This document shows, piece by piece, positions 36,073 to 36,433 of a stretch of 36,433 bases of DNA; position 1 is the first letter of the stretch; the number at the start of each line of letters is the position of its first letter. A program made the translations under genes and the position numbers. The notes under the pieces are model-generated. The model saw only the letters and a list, made by a program, of their open reading frames with translations. It ran no database searches and was not told where the DNA came from. The stretch is from Octopus sinensis (taxonomy: Eukaryota), in NCBI RefSeq assembly GCF_006345805.1, contig NW_021829903.1, positions 1-36,433 of the forward strand. The letters are read 5' to 3'.

Positions 36073-36229
36073 TCTAGACTTTTCTTTTTAACAATAGATC
36101 TCGATGTAGATAAAAATTATCAATAATATCTCACTACCAATATCACGCAGAAAGCTTTAGTCTACCCTTAAATATATTTAGTTACGGGTGCAGCAAAACT
36201 CTGCGTTAGTCCTATTGCACGACAGTAAG

Positions 36230-36297
36230 ATTGCCGCACTTAGGAATTGAACCCAAAACCACGTGGCTACTAAGCGAACTTATTAACCACACGGCCT
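36230..36297 (-). mobile_element. tRNA-derived SINE head fragment
   Basis: Reverse reads GGCCGTGTGGTTAATAAG...GGGTTCAATTCC (A- and B-box-like). Confidence 0.6.
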
Positions 36298-36433
36298 AGT
36301 AACAACTATTAATGATTAACATTTTTGTGTACTCAACGTGCAGTGGAAACGAGCTGATAAGTATTCTAAGTAATTACAGGTATGATTTATATACGCGTGT
36401 GTGCTTGTAAGCATGTATATATTTATGTATGAA

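Overview
This is AT-rich, repeat-dense animal DNA. The SINE and microsatellite repertoire suggests a cephalopod, probably Octopus (inference, not verified). No complete protein-coding gene is supported; nearly all ORFs in the track come from microsatellites. The window holds microsatellites, several tRNA-derived SINE families, mariner deletion derivatives/MITEs, and fossils of R4/Dong, CRE, L1/Tx1, RTE-like and Penelope retroelements. The main result is a set of hammerhead ribozyme (HHR) motifs. One fully intact minimal type I HHR (26405-26477) sits in a 404-nt unit repeated 1.5 times, a retrozyme or Penelope pseudo-LTR arrangement predicted to release a 404-nt RNA. A second HHR lies in the tail of a tRNA-headed, SINE-like element (12700-13197). 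Three more decayed HHRs occur at about 2.1, 14.4 and 29.0 kb. There is also a 746-bp tandem duplication bounded by (GT)n and a few weak minus-strand exon candidates.
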